Below the pieces are notes generated by a model. It made no database searches and was not told where the DNA came from. It saw nothing but the letters and a program-made list of their open reading frames with translations. Below are positions 22,690 through 24,418 of a stretch of 24,418 nucleotides of DNA, piece after piece; position 1 is the stretch's first letter; each line of letters starts with the position of its first letter. The DNA is from Eubacteriales bacterium (lineage in GTDB: Bacteria; Bacillota; Clostridia; Oscillospirales; CAG-272). The position numbers and the translations under genes are program-made. Location of the stretch: assembly GCA_045644105.1 (NCBI GenBank), contig JAZRGI010000168.1, positions 1-24,418 of the forward strand, given 5' to 3'.

Positions 22690-24399
22690 ATGAAAAAAAG
22701 GACGTTAAGTATTTTATCATTGATTTTAGGTTGCCTGCTTTTGTTTGCGGGATGCGGCGGAACCGTACAAGAGCCGATAGAACCCGGAGAAACCGGTACA
22801 ACCGAGGGGTTGGAATACTATTCTTTGCCGGACGGCACTTTTGCGGTGTCCGCAGGCACAACTCTCTACCTCTCGGAAATTATCATTCCCGAAACCTACA
22901 AGGGCAAGGCAGTGTCCACCATTCTTCCGGAGGCATTCCAAAATGCAACCAATCTTACTTCGATTACAATTCCCGACAGTGTGACGAGCATTGGCGATTC
23001 TGCCTTCAATGGTTGTACCGGCTTGACGAGTATCACGATTCCTAACAGTGTGACGAGCATTGGCAATTCTTCCTTCTCGGGTTGTACGAGCTTGACGAGC
23101 ATTACGATTCCTAACAGTGTGACGAGCATTGGCGATTCTGCCTTCTATCGTTGCACCAACTTGACGAGTATCACAATCCCTAACAGCGTGACGAGTATTG
23201 GCAAAGGGGCGTTTGCTGATTGCAGTAGCCTTGAAAGCATCACGTTGCCGTTTGTAGGAGCAACAAAGGACGGTACGGGGGGAACAAACTTCGGCTACAT
23301 TTTTGGCACATGGTCCTATTCGACGAATAATGACTACGTTCCCGCCTCGCTTAAGACAGTTGTTATTACAGGTGGCACGAGCATTGGCAATACTGCTTTC
23401 TATGGTTGCACCGGCTTGACGAGCATCACAATCCCTGACAGTGTGACGAGCATTGGCAAAGGGGCGTTTGCTAATTGCAGTAGCCTTGAAAGCATCACGT
23501 TGCCGTTTGTAGGAGCAACAAAGGACGGTACGGAGGAAACACACTTCGGCTACATTTTTAGCGCTGGTTACCACGTTCCCGCCTCGCTTAAGACAGTTGT
23601 TATTACAGGTGGCACGAGCATTGGCGATTATGCCTTCACTGGTTGCACCGGCTTGACGAGTATCACGATTCCCGAAGGTGTGACGAGCATTGGCAATTAT
23701 GCCTTCAATGGTTGCACCGGCTTGACGAGCATCACAATCCCCGACAGTGTGACGCGCATTGGCTATTCTGCCTTCGAAGGTTGCACCGGCTTGACGAGTA
23801 TTACGATCCCGAGCAGTGTGACGCGCATTGGTAATTATGCCTTCCGTGATTGCGCCGGCTTGACGAGTATCACGATCCCCAAAGGTGTGACGAGTATTGA
23901 CAATTCCGCCTTCTATGGTTGCACCGGCTTGGAATCAATTACCGTGCAAGAGGGAAATGTAAATTATATTTCTATTGGAAACTGTTTGATTGAAAAGGAA
24001 ACAAAAACTTTGATTGCCGGTTGTAAAAATAGTGAGATTCCTGCCGATGGTAGTGTAAAGAGCATTGGCGATCATGCCTTCTATCGTTGCACCGGCTTGA
24101 CGAGTCTTACGATTCCGAGTAGTGTGACGCGCATTGGCGATAATGCCTTCCTAAATTGCACTGGATTGACAAGCATCACAATCCCCGGCAGTGTGACGAG
24201 CATTGGTCGTTCTGCCTTCGGTGGTTGCATCGGCTTGACGAGTGTCTATTACACCGGCACTGCCAAAAAGTGGAGCGCGATTAGCATTGGTTCCAATACT
24301 CCGTTGACAAACGCAACGGTCTACTATTACAGCGAAACCCAGCCCGCCACCACGGGCAACTACTGGCACTACGTTGACGGTGTGCCTACCAAGTGGTAA
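22690..24399 (+). CDS. BspA-type (LRR_5/TpLRR) leucine-rich-repeat surface lipoprotein
   Basis: Lipobox LFAG-C. Many 23-aa repeats of the form LTSITIPxSVTSIGxxAFxGCTG. Confidence 0.95.
   Translation: MKKRTLSILSLILGCLLLFAGCGGTVQEPIEPGETGTTEGLEYYSLPDGTFAVSAGTTLYLSEIIIPETYKGKAVSTILPEAFQNATNLTSITIPDSVTSIGDSAFNGCTGLTSITIPNSVTSIGNSSFSGCTSLTSITIPNSVTSIGDSAFYRCTNLTSITIPNSVTSIGKGAFADCSSLESITLPFVGATKDGTGGTNFGYIFGTWSYSTNNDYVPASLKTVVITGGTSIGNTAFYGCTGLTSITIPDSVTSIGKGAFANCSSLESITLPFVGATKDGTEETHFGYIFSAGYHVPASLKTVVITGGTSIGDYAFTGCTGLTSITIPEGVTSIGNYAFNGCTGLTSITIPDSVTRIGYSAFEGCTGLTSITIPSSVTRIGNYAFRDCAGLTSITIPKGVTSIDNSAFYGCTGLESITVQEGNVNYISIGNCLIEKETKTLIAGCKNSEIPADGSVKSIGDHAFYRCTGLTSLTIPSSVTRIGDNAFLNCTGLTSITIPGSVTSIGRSAFGGCIGLTSVYYTGTAKKWSAISIGSNTPLTNATVYYYSETQPATTGNYWHYVDGVPTKW
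22957..24240 (+). repeat. Intragenic 69-nt LRR repeats, including a near-identical 255/237-nt block duplication
   Basis: Recurrent gtgacgagcattggc and ggttgcaccggcttgacgag. Block 23161-23415 is repeated at 23416-23652 with an 18-nt indel. Confidence 0.92.
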
Positions 24400-24418
24400 A
24401 TATCAAACAACGTCAAAA

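Overview
Chromosomal window whose gene content, RBSs and sigma-A-type promoters suggest a Clostridia-like Bacillota genome (inference). No integrase, transposase or CRISPR array is present. Gene order: a 5'-truncated ECF-type sigma factor with a ~870-aa C-terminal extension coupled to a small XRE regulator; a tRNA-Met/tRNA-Glu pair; a 4x DUF1508 protein; three paralogous EEP phosphoesterases (two are lipoproteins) around a TIM-barrel sugar isomerase; GH32; a YbjQ-family protein; orphan rhaD; a secreted metallophosphoesterase with a Cys/TM/poly-Lys tail; a truncated acyltransferase with a Gfo/Idh/MocA oxidoreductase and AraC; DUF134 with reverse rubrerythrin; an S11 D,D-carboxypeptidase; an Amidase_6 protein; and a BspA-type LRR lipoprotein. 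The most unusual element is non-coding. Downstream of tRNA-Glu lie two ~180-nt units (3340-3704). Each ends in a copy of the last 20 nt of the tRNA followed by its own terminator. Each also holds a ~94-nt three-way-junction structure whose stems covary between the copies, with identical junctions, a 32-nt variable loop and an inverted copy of the tRNA T-arm. All family calls come from motif recognition by eye, not database searches.
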